A stretch of DNA of 64,000 nt, from the NCBI GenBank assembly GCA_002189035.1, contig CM007991.1:5270001-5334000 (forward strand), read 5' to 3'. The DNA is from Utricularia gibba (taxonomy: Eukaryota > Plantae > Magnoliophyta). Position numbers and translations under genes: made by a program. Below the pieces are notes generated by a model. That model ran no database searches, was not told where the DNA came from, and saw nothing but the letters and a program-made list of their open reading frames with translations. Positions 38,001 to 49,688 of the stretch are shown piece by piece (within the stretch, counting starts at the first letter, position 1; the number at the start of each line of letters is the position of its first letter).

Positions 38001-41000
38001 AACATGCCCACTAAAAATAAAAAAAAAGTAGGAAATGCAAGATCTGCAAACAGAAAATAGGGAACTGACCAATTCTAGTTACTACGTAAAACCCTTCATC
38101 ACAGAGACCTCTCCCAAAAGAGAGCATAAGAGGCATAATTGTCTGCAAAATGTAACCAGACAGACCATGCTGAGCCAAGTCAGGTCAAGTTAATTAGGAT
38201 AATTCAGAAAGATTTGCAAAACCGAACCTGCTGCACAGTAATTGGAACACCCAGCTCTTCACTGGAACCAATAAGAAGAACAGAGGCAGCAGTAGCTGAG
38301 GTTTTACATGTCTCTCCACACAAATTTGATACTATAATAGGGTGTACTAACACGAGGTATGCCTTAAGGCCTATTTTATTCCATATAAGCCTCATAAATG
38401 AATCTTGAAGAAGAGAGACCTTCAAGTGCAAAGAGCTGGTAGACTGAGAAAACGAGGTAGAACATGAGAAGCACGTGAAGAATAAAGGAATAAATATGCA
38501 AAATCATGATACTAACCTGCAGTATTTTTTGCACAGACGGCAATAGAAGGTTCTTTACTACCTCTAACTCCAGGCATTTAAGAAATTCTGTAAGCAATAA
38601 ATATGCCAGTTCAACTTCAGAATCTGAGACTGAAGCCTCCAAAAGGGGTAAGCAAAAAGGAAGACATATTGCATCTGCCAGAGCTCCCATGGATTTTAGA
38701 GCTCCTTGATTTGCTATAGTTCCAGCATAATAAAGACGTGATTCATCTTTTGCGAGAAGGTGAAAGGGAGCTAAAAATAGGTAAGAAGATCTGATGAATT
38801 TTTGAAAGAACGGAGAATCCAAAAGACATTTGGCAGAAGGCCTCCTAAAAGAAAACCAAAAAAAAAAAGTGATTTCAAAATGGAACTTGCGCTATTGATA
38901 AGGGTAAAAGAAAAAGAATGCATATTTTACATATTCCATTCTTTCTGAATGCATGCTTCAACAAAAATTTTGATAGAATAAGGAAGATCTTGCAATGATC
39001 TTGGTGGGACTCCATTCTCCATGTATGAAGCAAATGAGTAAGAATCAAAAAGCGGCCTCCCCAATTGAATTTCAGCTAATATACATCCGACAGCAAATAT
39101 ATCACTAGCAGTTTCTTTGGTCAACGCCCTGGATGAATATGTCTGATTCCAGAGAAGTAGTTCAGCATACCCAGGAGAATCATTATGAGCTACGAGCAAC
39201 TTCTCAAGCAGATGGTCCGTACCCATGAATGGTGATTGTGCTAATCTACCCAAAGAATTATAATCTTGAAGTGATGCACTTTCAGATGTGTCCCGAGCTG
39301 AAAAATTTTCATCAGGAATAATATTTGCAGAGTCACTCTTTCCAAAAATATACTCAGGGGCTAAATGGCATGAAGTCTGACAAAATGAAATTGTTTCCTC
39401 AAGTCTTCCTAGATAATTTGTCTCTGAAGCATCCTTAGCTTCCAAATAATTCACCTCAGTTTGGGAATTTTTATTTTCCTGTGAATCCCTCTTAACAACT
39501 TGGCGTGCAGGGTGAGGGTGGACAAAAAGTTGACGACGCCCTGTTGACCTTGGCAGTGATGAATTTGATGCTGGCAGCATCACATTCTTGGAAGCAATGG
39601 CAGCATCACCAGACATTTTGTAGCCAAAGGTAATGTCAATCCAGTGGTGTAGTTGGGATGACACTCGATTGCTCTCCAAGGCATTCCGATGCAATCTAAC
39701 AAACTCCTCTGAACTGACTGACCATGAGGGCAGAGCCAAATCAGGCATGCCAGGATGCAAAGACTGATATATACGTGGGTCACAGAAAAATTCAGGGATA
39801 CATTCATCAGGAGTCCATTGATACAATCTTTGCATGCTGGAAGGATACTCATTTGGTTCATACACTGAACGGACAGCAGCTTGCAGAACATGCAGAGGTA
39901 ACCTCCTGGCCTTATAACTGCAGACAGCCAGTTCTGAGAGGCACTCCTCAGAGACATGATGAGGAGTTTCAGAGGTTGAATAGGTGAAATCCAGCTGTTC
40001 ATCACCTTTTGTCAAACGCCACTTGCTCTTAGTCAGATCTCTCCAACCAGCATCACTTTTTTCATCAGGTTTCACACTAAAATCTATGACCCAAGGCATG
40101 ACCGTATAAAAAGTGTTATCACCCCATCTTCTTCCTGCTAATTTGTTCAAGACAAGAAGGTAATCAAAATTTGAAATCTCTCCTTTCCACCAACTATAGA
40201 AACTTGAATTCCAATTCTCAGATTCAGAAAAACGTAGATCAGGACACAGAGCATGCGAGAAACAACCATCACTGCAAAAATTAGAAGTAGAAATACTGTG
40301 GAAATTCTCACATGGATTTTCTTTAGAATTTACCATAAGTTTCTCATCAATTCTTATCCAACACCAGCATTTATTACTCACCATGATTTTTGAAGGCAAT
40401 AAGTTCTCATGCGCTACTCCTAAACCGTGCATATAAGACAGTGCTGAGAGAATCTGGTAAATCAAAAGTTGGATTCTCCAATCAGATTTAATAAACTGGG
40501 GAGCGTAGTGTAGAATATTTTGAAGGCTATATCTCTTTTTGGGAAGAATCATACAAACTTGTCCGGATGATTTTAGCAAGGCCAGCACAGGGAGAATGTT
40601 TGGATGCCTAATGCAACCAGGTACACTATTCTCCTCAAATGATGGAAAACCAATCAACCCAAGGAAGTTTATACTGTCACGCCCAGCATACTTTCCTGCT
40701 GTAAATTGAATTAATGACTGCAAAATATGATCCTCAAGGGAACCAGAAGAGAAATGTAAAGAAAGTTCCTTGAATAAATCATACGACGCAGTGCCAATAG
40801 CAGCAACTGGGGCCAATGAAGTGATGATTCTCGAGCAAGAAAACCTACTGAAAACGGAGCATTTTTCACAGCCCATAAGCAATGAGGTTCTTCTAACAGG
40901 TGAAAACTGGGTTTCATGTGAAGTGGTATCGAAATCAGAACTTTTATCACAAGGCAATCTGAGATTGACCTCTGCCTGACCACTGGAAGCAATGTCACCA

Positions 41001-41643
41001 CCTTCAAGCACAAGGTATTCATCACTGCAAAGGAGGTAACGGCCCATTTACTTCAGCTGAGCTGCATAAATACCTTGAGAACAAAATAGGAGGGTTCCAA
41101 CGCATTGAGACTCATAAATTGTACATGCAGAATTCACATTCTCATGCCACAGGATGAGGGTGCAAACCAGTATTTTGGGTCCATTCCAAATCATTCAACT
41201 AGAAAATAGATTAACTTAATGCGATCACATAGCACCAGCCCCTAAGATGTCATCAAACTTATGCCTTTTTTTTTTCTCCGTCAGGAGGTTGAATGATGTA
41301 TACAATATACTTAGGCCTGGCAATAAAACAGGGAAAGAATATGCATACATGTATCTAGCCAAGCAACTATCTTCATCATATGGCACGTAATTTAAGACAA
41401 ATTGCTGACCGCCAGAACCTGGCACCTGCATCCAATTGATAAAACTATTACGCCCCTGCAAAAGAACACAAAATGCAGAAAACAGTGAATACGCATGGAC
41501 AGCTTTGGGACCTGAACAACCGCCTCAGAGCCACAAGGAAGCAGTGAATCCGAGAGACCGTGAACGAATGTGAGTCTGCAGGAGAAATCAGCTTCAACCC
41601 TTCGCTGAAGACAATCGAAGCATGCACCCTTTTGACCTTCCAT
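35026..41643 (-). CDS. GFS12: GFS12-like BEACH-domain / kinase-like / WD40 protein
   Basis: N-terminal CFDCLQRRVEADFS...GLSDS; BEACH motifs LNKLAGRRWGDNTFYTVMPWVIDFS, WRDLTKSKWRLTKGDEQLDFTY, WTPDECIPEF; WD40 C-terminus ending GTEDGYLKICC*. All exon junctions were traced by hand and are phase-consistent, with no premature stop. Confidence 0.95.
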
Positions 41644-42130
41644 TTTTCCAGAGTTATCTTTCGTTAATCACCAACTTCTTCCAATCATCAGAGCAGAGCA
41701 ATCTGCTGCACGGTAGCCAGAGCTGGAGGAGGAGAGTGTCTTCGAAACAAAACGACGACGTGCAAGATAACTACTGGTAATTAAAAGAAAATTTCGAAGA
41801 AATTTCTAACTTTGGGCCTTGATGATCACAGGCCCGTGATAACTTTCTAAACTTGGGTCTTGATGGAAGTGCACGTACAAATCAAAGAGAACAACCGCAA
41901 TCGACGTTCGGGCCCATTTTGCGAGTGTTTTAACGATTTGATTTGAATTTGATGCTTTCCTTCTGTTCCTTGCGTTTGAACTGGAAGTCGGGAACGTTTC
42001 TTTGTTCGGTCGGTACTCCATTGTCTGCAGACGAGCGCTGCTTTTGCTGGGCCTGGCTGCCTGGCGATTCATTCGCAATATCTTTATCACTACGCAAAAG
42101 AAGGGGTGATTAGCCGATCGCCTTGGGGCA
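41644..42130. promoter_or_regulatory. Compact divergent promoter and 5' UTR region between GFS12 and the carrier gene
   Basis: 487 bp between head-to-head ATGs. Site II-like TGGGCC/GGCCCA motifs at 41813, 41911 and 42048. Confidence 0.6.
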
Positions 42131-43641
42131 ATGAGTGTAGACGTGGCGGAAGCGGTCGCCCCTGAGTTTGCACTTTCTGACGCTGATATCAATTGGGGCA
42201 GGTCTATTCTTTTTTCTGGGTTGCTTTGCTTCCTGTGGGCAGTTTTTTTCTTTTTCCGTTTCGTGAGGTTTTAAAGAAATTCGGGAAACGCAACTGTTGA
42301 TTAAGTATATTCATAAGCGGGCGTCGAACTTGTAGGTTGGATAAAAAGAGATTTCACATCACTGGGGCAATTCTTTTTACTCTTCAATCCGCTTTGATTC
42401 ATCCAACTGCTGTTGTGAAGACGAGAATGCAGGTGGCTGGGTCTGATTTATGCCGAATGGGTGGATTATCTGTTTTTAGACGCATCATTGTCGAGGATGG
42501 AATCAAGGGTATTTTCAGAGGATTTGGTACATCTGCAGTTGCCTCACTACCTGGTCGTGTTCTTGCTCTAACTTCACTCGAGCTGTCCAAGGACTTGACG
42601 TTGAAGTACACAGCAGAGCTTAATATTCCCGAAGCAACCAGGGTGGGTGTTGCCAATGGTGTCGCTGGAATGGTTTCTAATTCGATTTCATGTGTCTACT
42701 ACGTGCCATTGGATGTGGTGAGTAATATATTTCTCAGCAACCATTCTGAGCACTTTAGTTATTCACTGAGACTTGAAGTTCTGATTCCGAACACTTCAGT
42801 TATTCATAAGGAGCTTCTTTTATGCATGGCTATCTGTACATTCTCCGGGAAACTTTTCTCAACAAGTTCCATATCATATTTTCCAGATTTGTCAAAGGCT
42901 AATGGTTCAAGGCCTTCCAGGGAGTATACCCTGCAATGGACCCTTTGATGTGATTCACAAAGTGATGAAAACTGAAGGACTCCGGGGCCTTTATCGAGGC
43001 TTCGGACTTACAGCAGTAACCCAGTCTCCAGCTTCTGCACTTTGGTGGGGTGCTTACGGTAGCGCTCAACTTATGATGTGGAGGTAGCGTTTAATTATTT
43101 CCCTAGATCTGAGTTTGTTAGACCTCAGAGTTGTTTGATTCCGCGATCGACATCAGGGGCTTGGGCTACCAAGATTCTTCTGAAAAGAAACCATCTCATA
43201 TGGAAATGGTTGCGGTTCAAGCCACAGCTGGAATGGTGGCAGGTGCCTGCGCTTCTGTTATCACTACTCCTATAGATACCATCAAGACTCGGCTTCAGGT
43301 CATTAATTGAGTGTTTGGGATGTTGCATGCATGCTAACAAGTGAATCTCCGCCGGATGTTATATTTTTATCTGTGTTGGTAGATAGGTTATTGACGATTA
43401 TGGTGAAGGAAGACCTTCTGTGCTGAAGACCGCAAAGGCACTTGTCAATGAAGATGGATGGATAGGCCTGTACCGAGGATTTGGCCCCCGGTTCTTAAAC
43501 ATGTCATTTTATGGAACAACTATGATTGTGACCTACGAGCTCATAAGTACGTTTCCTGCTTTTCTGTTTCACTGATCCCTCTCATGCTAATGCCTCATTT
43601 TCAATGTACATGCAGAGCGTTTATCCATAAAGAAAGAGTGA
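42131..43641 (+). CDS. Mitochondrial carrier family protein, SLC25A44-like
   Basis: DINWGRLDKKRF; three carrier signatures (PTAVVKTRMQ, PLDVICQRLMVQ, PIDTIKTRLQ). Exons: 42131-42201, 42336-42717, 42887-43083, 43157-43298, 43387-43546, 43616-43641; phases consistent. Confidence 0.93.
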
Positions 43642-44028
43642 CGATGGTCAGTTCGGGGAAGACTGCAACGAGTTTATTTTGCAAGCAAAGCAGTAGGGCT
43701 TTTATGATGCAAGAGCACATGCACTGATTTGATGCTGCAGCATTCTTTAGAAATTTTGGAATCATAGGGAATCTTTCGTCTTCCGTTTACTGTTGCCAAG
43801 TAGATGAGAAGGTGGAGAGGAGCAAGTTAGAGCCTATGATTGTAAGCTAGATGTAACATGTTACAAGCAGAGGCTTATAATTGTAATGCATATATCTTAC
43901 AACAACACTGTTCTGTTATTGAAATGGAATCACAATACTGATAACATCAGTATGAGGTGCTGCAGTGCATCAAGACTAGACAGCAAAGCAGTTTGCTCGA
44001 AAGCGGAAGTGAAATGTGATCAGTGGCA

Positions 44029-44600
44029 TTAGGGTTGGAACATGGCGGGCTTGTAGTCTACCACAATCACTTTCTCCAGTTGAGGGAGCAAAATGTTTCC
44101 ATACTCAACATGATGTGGGTGGACAAGATACTCTGCTATGCCTTGTGTGCTCTCGAATGTCGATTCAAAGACGTGTGTAAAACCCTGGTTCAAGTTCTCG
44201 ATGCTTACATCTCTGCCCCTGTTGGAGTGCAAGATGTATGCGACTATTAGATAAGCATCGATTCCAGATACATAAATACAATCTCACAAGAAGCAGCAGC
44301 CCGACACAGTGATGAAAAGCATTTCCAAGACCTTTTTTTCAATTATGAAAAACACAAGTTCTTGATGGACGGAATACGCCCATCGATTATGAACAAAGGA
44401 GTTCTTTCTTTTTTCTTTTCAATCGGATCAGGATGAATAACAGAGATTCACCATCTGAAGGCCTTCATGGAAGGAATATGATCGACGAGGGCGGCGTATC
44501 CGGCGATTAAACTCTGGATCTGATCCTCTGTCAGCCCATCTTTGAACTTGGCGAGCAGAATGTGCTTCACCAATCCCTCCCCATTCCCACTCTCATCCAT
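44029..44600 (-). CDS. Stress-responsive A/B barrel (Dabb) domain protein, HS1-like, 112 aa
   Basis: VKHILLAKFKD...IPSMKAFRWGRDVSIENLNQGFTHVFESTF...HPHHVEY...VIVVDYKP. Exons 44600-44452 and 44218-44029. Confidence 0.93.
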
Positions 44601-44999
44601 TATCCGTCCACTTCCTTCTTCCCCCTCCTCTGAATGGATCCCACCAATGGAATCCATCCTGGTCAAATGGCACCCATAAATCTTTGGTGTCCGATTTAGA
44701 GTCAATTTTTTAACTCTTCATTTCACTTATTTGAAATTAAGGTATAATCAAGTTCTAATGTTTTAAAATTAAATAAAATTGATCTTTATTATTTTAAAAA
44801 ATAATATCTTGAATCCATGACTCTTTGATAATTGATTTTGTATAGTTTCAAAACATATACTCTTATTATTATTAAGTGTTATTTTTACGAAATGCACATT
44901 CCAATTTCTTATTATTTTCAAAAAATTTTACATATTTTGTATCATTTCTACTTTTTTTTTTGGAAAGAAATTATATATTTTGGATTTTTAGAATATTTT

Positions 45000-47290
45000 T
45001 GAATCAATTTGAGGAGAAATCAAAATCCACCAATATATGGGTTTAATGGGCTACGAATCTCATCCCAATACTCGATCAAATGATGGAAATTTGGTCTAAG
45101 ATTCATAAATAAAATAAATATTTGAAAATAATATTGAAAAATCTAAATAAAAGATTTAAATAAAAGATATTATTTAAATCCATCAAACAAGCAAAATACG
45201 AATAATTGGATCTCATCTCCTATAAATACCCCATTCATTTAATCATTAGAGATGTTTTTTAACTATGTTTCCTTTGTATTTTTTTTTCTCTTTTTGTTTA
45301 TTTTCATGTTAGAGTCAAGTATACATGTGTAGATGCTTACGATTAAGAATTAATGATAAAGCCTTGTTTGCACAAGTCCTGTGCATATGACCATTTTCTC
45401 ATGTTATTCAACATTTAATTTAGGTTTTGATTCTATTTTTCGTAATATTTTCTTTATCAAAGTGCTTTTTAATATTACATAATTCTAAGAGAGTGTGAGA
45501 TAATCTAAGATTAACTTTAAGCATCTAAAAGAAGGTTTTAATCAGACATTATTGATAAGACACATTTTATTTAATTTATCTACAAGATGTGAGTTCTAGG
45601 GGTTAGAATTTAGTTTGAAGAAAATATGGGTTATCACAATAGGTGAAATGGCTTTGGTGGCGTAATTGATTCTATAATTCCACTAAACGAAAGACGATAT
45701 TATAATAGTCATCAAGTAGCACTATTTTAAAATAATATCACGAGAACTTGTACAAGTAGATCAATTATCAAAGTTTACACACATAAGTATGCGTGAGTTT
45801 TGAGTAAGGTAGATCCTAGATTCAAAATCATTTTTTATGTTATTTTTAAAACCAATCTTTTGTTTTGTTTTCGGTCTTTTTAAACCATTGTTTTAAAAAA
45901 AATTTCAATAACAATTCTCTGTAGATACAATCTTATTTTATTACTTCAATGATTTCTGTGTACTTGCAGAATTTCCATCACTTCTTACAATCTCTCTAAG
46001 ATAGATGTTAAGTGTATTAATTTTTATGTAAGTTCTATGCAAAAAAAGATTAGAGTCATCCAATTAGGAGTTTATATATTTTCTTTATAAAAGTGTAATT
46101 TTCCTTATTAGTGTATATTTTTCTTTTAGGAGTATTGCATGATCAACCTTAAAATGAAAGAGGAAAGAGATAGAAAAAATGTTTGTCATACTTCTCGTGA
46201 GAGGACAAGACTCTAATAATGGATCATGATATGTGAGCCTGAATTGTGGTAGGCATACAAGTGATTGTTGTAGCTTTCTTCCATGGGGGAGGAATGTGAA
46301 GAATTTGAAAGCTAGAGGAATGTGAAAGTGGGATTAGGTTTTGGAATTTTTTACTTTTCCCTAAAGACTATTCATGAGTTGAAGACTTCTACTTGTGGTT
46401 TAGAAGAGGAACTAGGTGAAGACTATTGTCTCCAACTCTTTTGGTTTAAGGGAGATAATGACTTGTTTGTAACTAATTCAATCTTCTATAGATAAATAGT
46501 GATGTTATATCTAAGTACTTTGGTTATTGATAAGATTTGGGCACATGTAAATAATTCATTTTGGAGTCAAAGTGTGGTAATTCCCATTATTTCCATGATC
46601 CTTATGAGGGGTAATCACAAGAAGCAATTCCGTTATTCTACTACTGATAGCACATATTTGTGAGTATTTTAAGATATGAAAAATAATTAATATTTTATTA
46701 TAAAACTCGGATTATACTATTTGTTTCTATATTTTTGGAATAATGAAAAAAGAGAAGACTATCCCCCCATTGAAGAACATGTCACACAAAATTCTGAAGG
46801 GGGGGGGGGGGATCTAGAGGAAAAACTCACAAGATGAACAAAGAAGACAAACCAGAAACAAAGCTCACTTTTGAAAACTTCTTTGGCTATGAAGGACAAT
46901 ATTCATAGAATAGTGTTAGCTTTCTCGTGCTACTGTTTACGATTCCAATTTCTACTTATTTTGTAGTTTCTTTTCTTGCTATCACGTGGTGGAACAAAGA
47001 TGGTTTTCCTATAACACAATGAAATTGTTTTCGTTTCCCTTAGTATGAGTGGCTAGGCAATTAGATGTGCATTGGAACAAAGGGGGATGAGCATGCTTAT
47101 TATTCACTAGACTACACCTCCACTTAATTACTTTTCTTCCTTAACAAACCAAGATAGATTCAGGAGAGGGAGGTAGTGGATTTCATCATAAACAACCTTA
47201 ATTAGAGGTAGATAAAAAATTAGGAAAAAACAAGGGTTTGGATAGACTTAAGTCTTTGCTTGTCAGATGAATGATTTTATGTTTGGATGG
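45000..47290. mobile_element. Degenerate LTR-like debris
   Basis: CCTATAAATACCCC LTR-type TATA box (~45219) and Athila-LTR-like tracts near 46900-47200. No coding motifs recognised. Confidence 0.35.
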
Positions 47291-47291
47291 T

Positions 47292-49688
47292 TAGAGGCGG
47301 GCCTAGGTAGGGGCTAAACTGGGCTTCAGCCTAGTCCAAAAAAGTTGAAAAAAATTATTACCCCCTTTCCGAATAGGAGTCGGAGGCATGTGGTAAGTGC
47401 AGGCGATAATTGTAGACGATAGGAAGGGCATTGTTTCAGAAATCGGATTAGTCCCGTGTTTTAGTCATTGGGTTTGCCCCATTCAGAACAGGCAAAGGTG
47501 GCAGGTCAGCAGCAGGAGGGGCATTGTTTTAGAAATCGGAATAGTCATGTGTTTTAGTCATTGGGTTTGCCCATTCAGAACAGGCGAAGGTGGCAGGTCA
47601 GCGGCAGGAGGGCCATTATTTCAGAAATCCGATTCATCCTTTCTTTTACACTTTAGTCATTGGGTTTGTTTTGTACCCCTCCAATTTTGTGTTCTTATTT
47701 TTACTCCTTATCTTGGTTGATATTTTGTACTTTGTAAATTGAGTGTATTTTATGTTCTAGTTGTATATTTTCTTTGTTTTGAAAAGTTTATGATTTTCTT
47801 TTTTATTCAACAATGTGTTTTTTTATTGAATAGGTGCAAATTACAATGGCTAAAAATAAGACCATTGATTTCTTTTTCAAGAGAAAAAGAGATGATGTTA
47901 TTAGAGAAGAAGATGTTGTTGTTGATGTTGCACAAATATCTCATTAGAAATGAGAATTTGCAGTCACAGAATGAACAAGAACAAGTGGCTGATTACCCTA
48001 AACAAACTGAAATACGTTTTGAAGGAATAGAAAGTCTTGTAAGAGATCCGGGAAGGCGATCACAGATATGGCAATATCCAGTTCATCAACAAGATGAAGT
48101 TCGCAGAGCATATATGATATTGGGTTCTATGCAGCCGTTGTTGAATGAGTATAAAAGCATTGTTTCAGGGAAACAAAATAGACGTTTTCATTATTCATGG
48201 TTTCATAAATTTGGCTCTTGGTTAGAATATTCAGAAAGCAAACATCGTGCATATTGTTTTGTATGCTTTGTATTTGGTAAACAAGGAACAAATCGATCTG
48301 GTTCTGATGTCTTCACAGTTCATGGTTTTCAGAATTGGAAGAGAGTGAATGATGGAAAGAAGTGTCCTTTTTTTATTCACATGGGAAATACTCTATGTTC
48401 TCAGCATAATAATGCAATGAAAGCATATATTGCATTGAAGAATCCTAATGCACAGGTGGAAAATGTTATCCAGGTGCATAGTAGAGAAGAAAAAGAAAGA
48501 AGCCGATTACTTTTAAAAGTTTCTATTGCTGCAGTTAAGTGGCTTGCTGATTAAGGTTGTGCATTTCGAGGTCATGATGAAAGTATACAATCAAGGAATC
48601 GAGGTAATTTTCAAGAGCTTATTCAATTATTGGTTGATTTCAATCCTTAAATTGATAAAGTTGTTCTTCAAAATGCTCCTTCAAATTGTAAGTGGTACTC
48701 ACCTATTATTCAAAAGGAGATTTTGAGTATTTATGCTACTATGATAAGAAGTCATATTCGTGAAGAATTAGGCGATTCAAAATTTTCTATTATTGTAGAT
48801 GAGACTTGTGATGTGGCAAAGCAGGAACAAATCGCTTTGATTCTAAGATTTGTTGATAAGAATGGAGTTTTGCAAGAACATTTCTTTGACTTGATTCATG
48901 TAAGTAATACCAAAGCTGTGACTCTTAAGAAGCATTTGAGTTATGTTTTAGCTAATCATTCTCTTGATGTGAAAAATATTCGTGGTCAAGGTTATGATGG
49001 TGCTAGCAATATGAGAGGGGAGCTGAATGGACTTCAAGCTCTTTTTCTAAAAGAATGTCCTTATGCATATTATGTGCATTGCTATGCACACTGTTTGCAA
49101 CTTGTCTTAGTTGCAGTCTCAAAAAATGTTCCTCCAGTTTTTCAATTTTTCCAAAAGTTGAATTTTATTATAAACACTATTGATTCATCATCAAAAAGAC
49201 ATGATGAACTTCGTGATGCTCGAGTTGCTGAGTTATCTAATTTGCTAGCTATCAATGAGCTTGAGACAGGTCGAGGAGCTAATCAAATTGGTTCCTTACA
49301 TCGTCCAGGGGATACTAGATGGAGTTCTCACTTGTATTCTATTTGTAGTCTTATGGAGATGTTTAACTCAGTTTCTTCTGTTCTTGAAAATATTAGTAAT
49401 GATTCAGTTGGTTGTATTCGAGCAGATGGAGATACAGCTTCTGGTTATCTATTATCTTTTGAGTTTATATTTATCTTATGTTTGATGAGTGAAGTATTAG
49501 GGATTGCTGATTTGCTTTGTCGAGAATTGCAGAAAAAGAAACAAGATCTAGTTAATGCTATTCATTCAATAGCAACTACAAGAAAATTGCTACAGAGAAT
49601 GAGAGATGATGGTTGGATAGCTTTCTTTAACAAAGTTGTTGAGTTTTGTAAAAATCATGATATTGATGTTCCAACTATGGATGAGTGT
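47292..49688 (+). mobile_element. hAT DNA transposon, TTF-zinc-finger/DUF4371 type; 5' half with pseudogenised transposase
   Basis: TIR-like TAGAGGCGGGCCTAGG; WLEYSESKHRAYCFVCFVF; LAD*GCAFRGHDE; FSIIVDETCDVAKQEQ; RGQGYDGASNMRGELNGLQ; DTRWSSH. Two in-frame stops; truncated at 49688. Confidence 0.92.
47426..47670 (+). repeat. ~92-bp tandem repeat, ~2.6 copies, in the hAT 5' subterminal region
   Basis: Units start at 47426, 47519 and 47610 and share GGGCATTGTTTCAGAAATCGG...TTTAGTCATTGGGTTTG. Confidence 0.9.

Noticed and set aside
39580-40005. Alternative-frame and antisense ORFs within GFS12, SPL and IST1-like exons
   Set aside because: Shadow ORFs of real coding exons, with no independent signals.
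41806-42192. 128-aa minus-strand ORF in the divergent promoter
   Set aside because: It overlaps the carrier exon 1 antisense in GC-rich DNA and has no homology cues.
46799-46811. Poly-G run as a G-quadruplex regulatory element
   Set aside because: Isolated homopolymer within LTR debris; its length is unreliable and it has no gene context.
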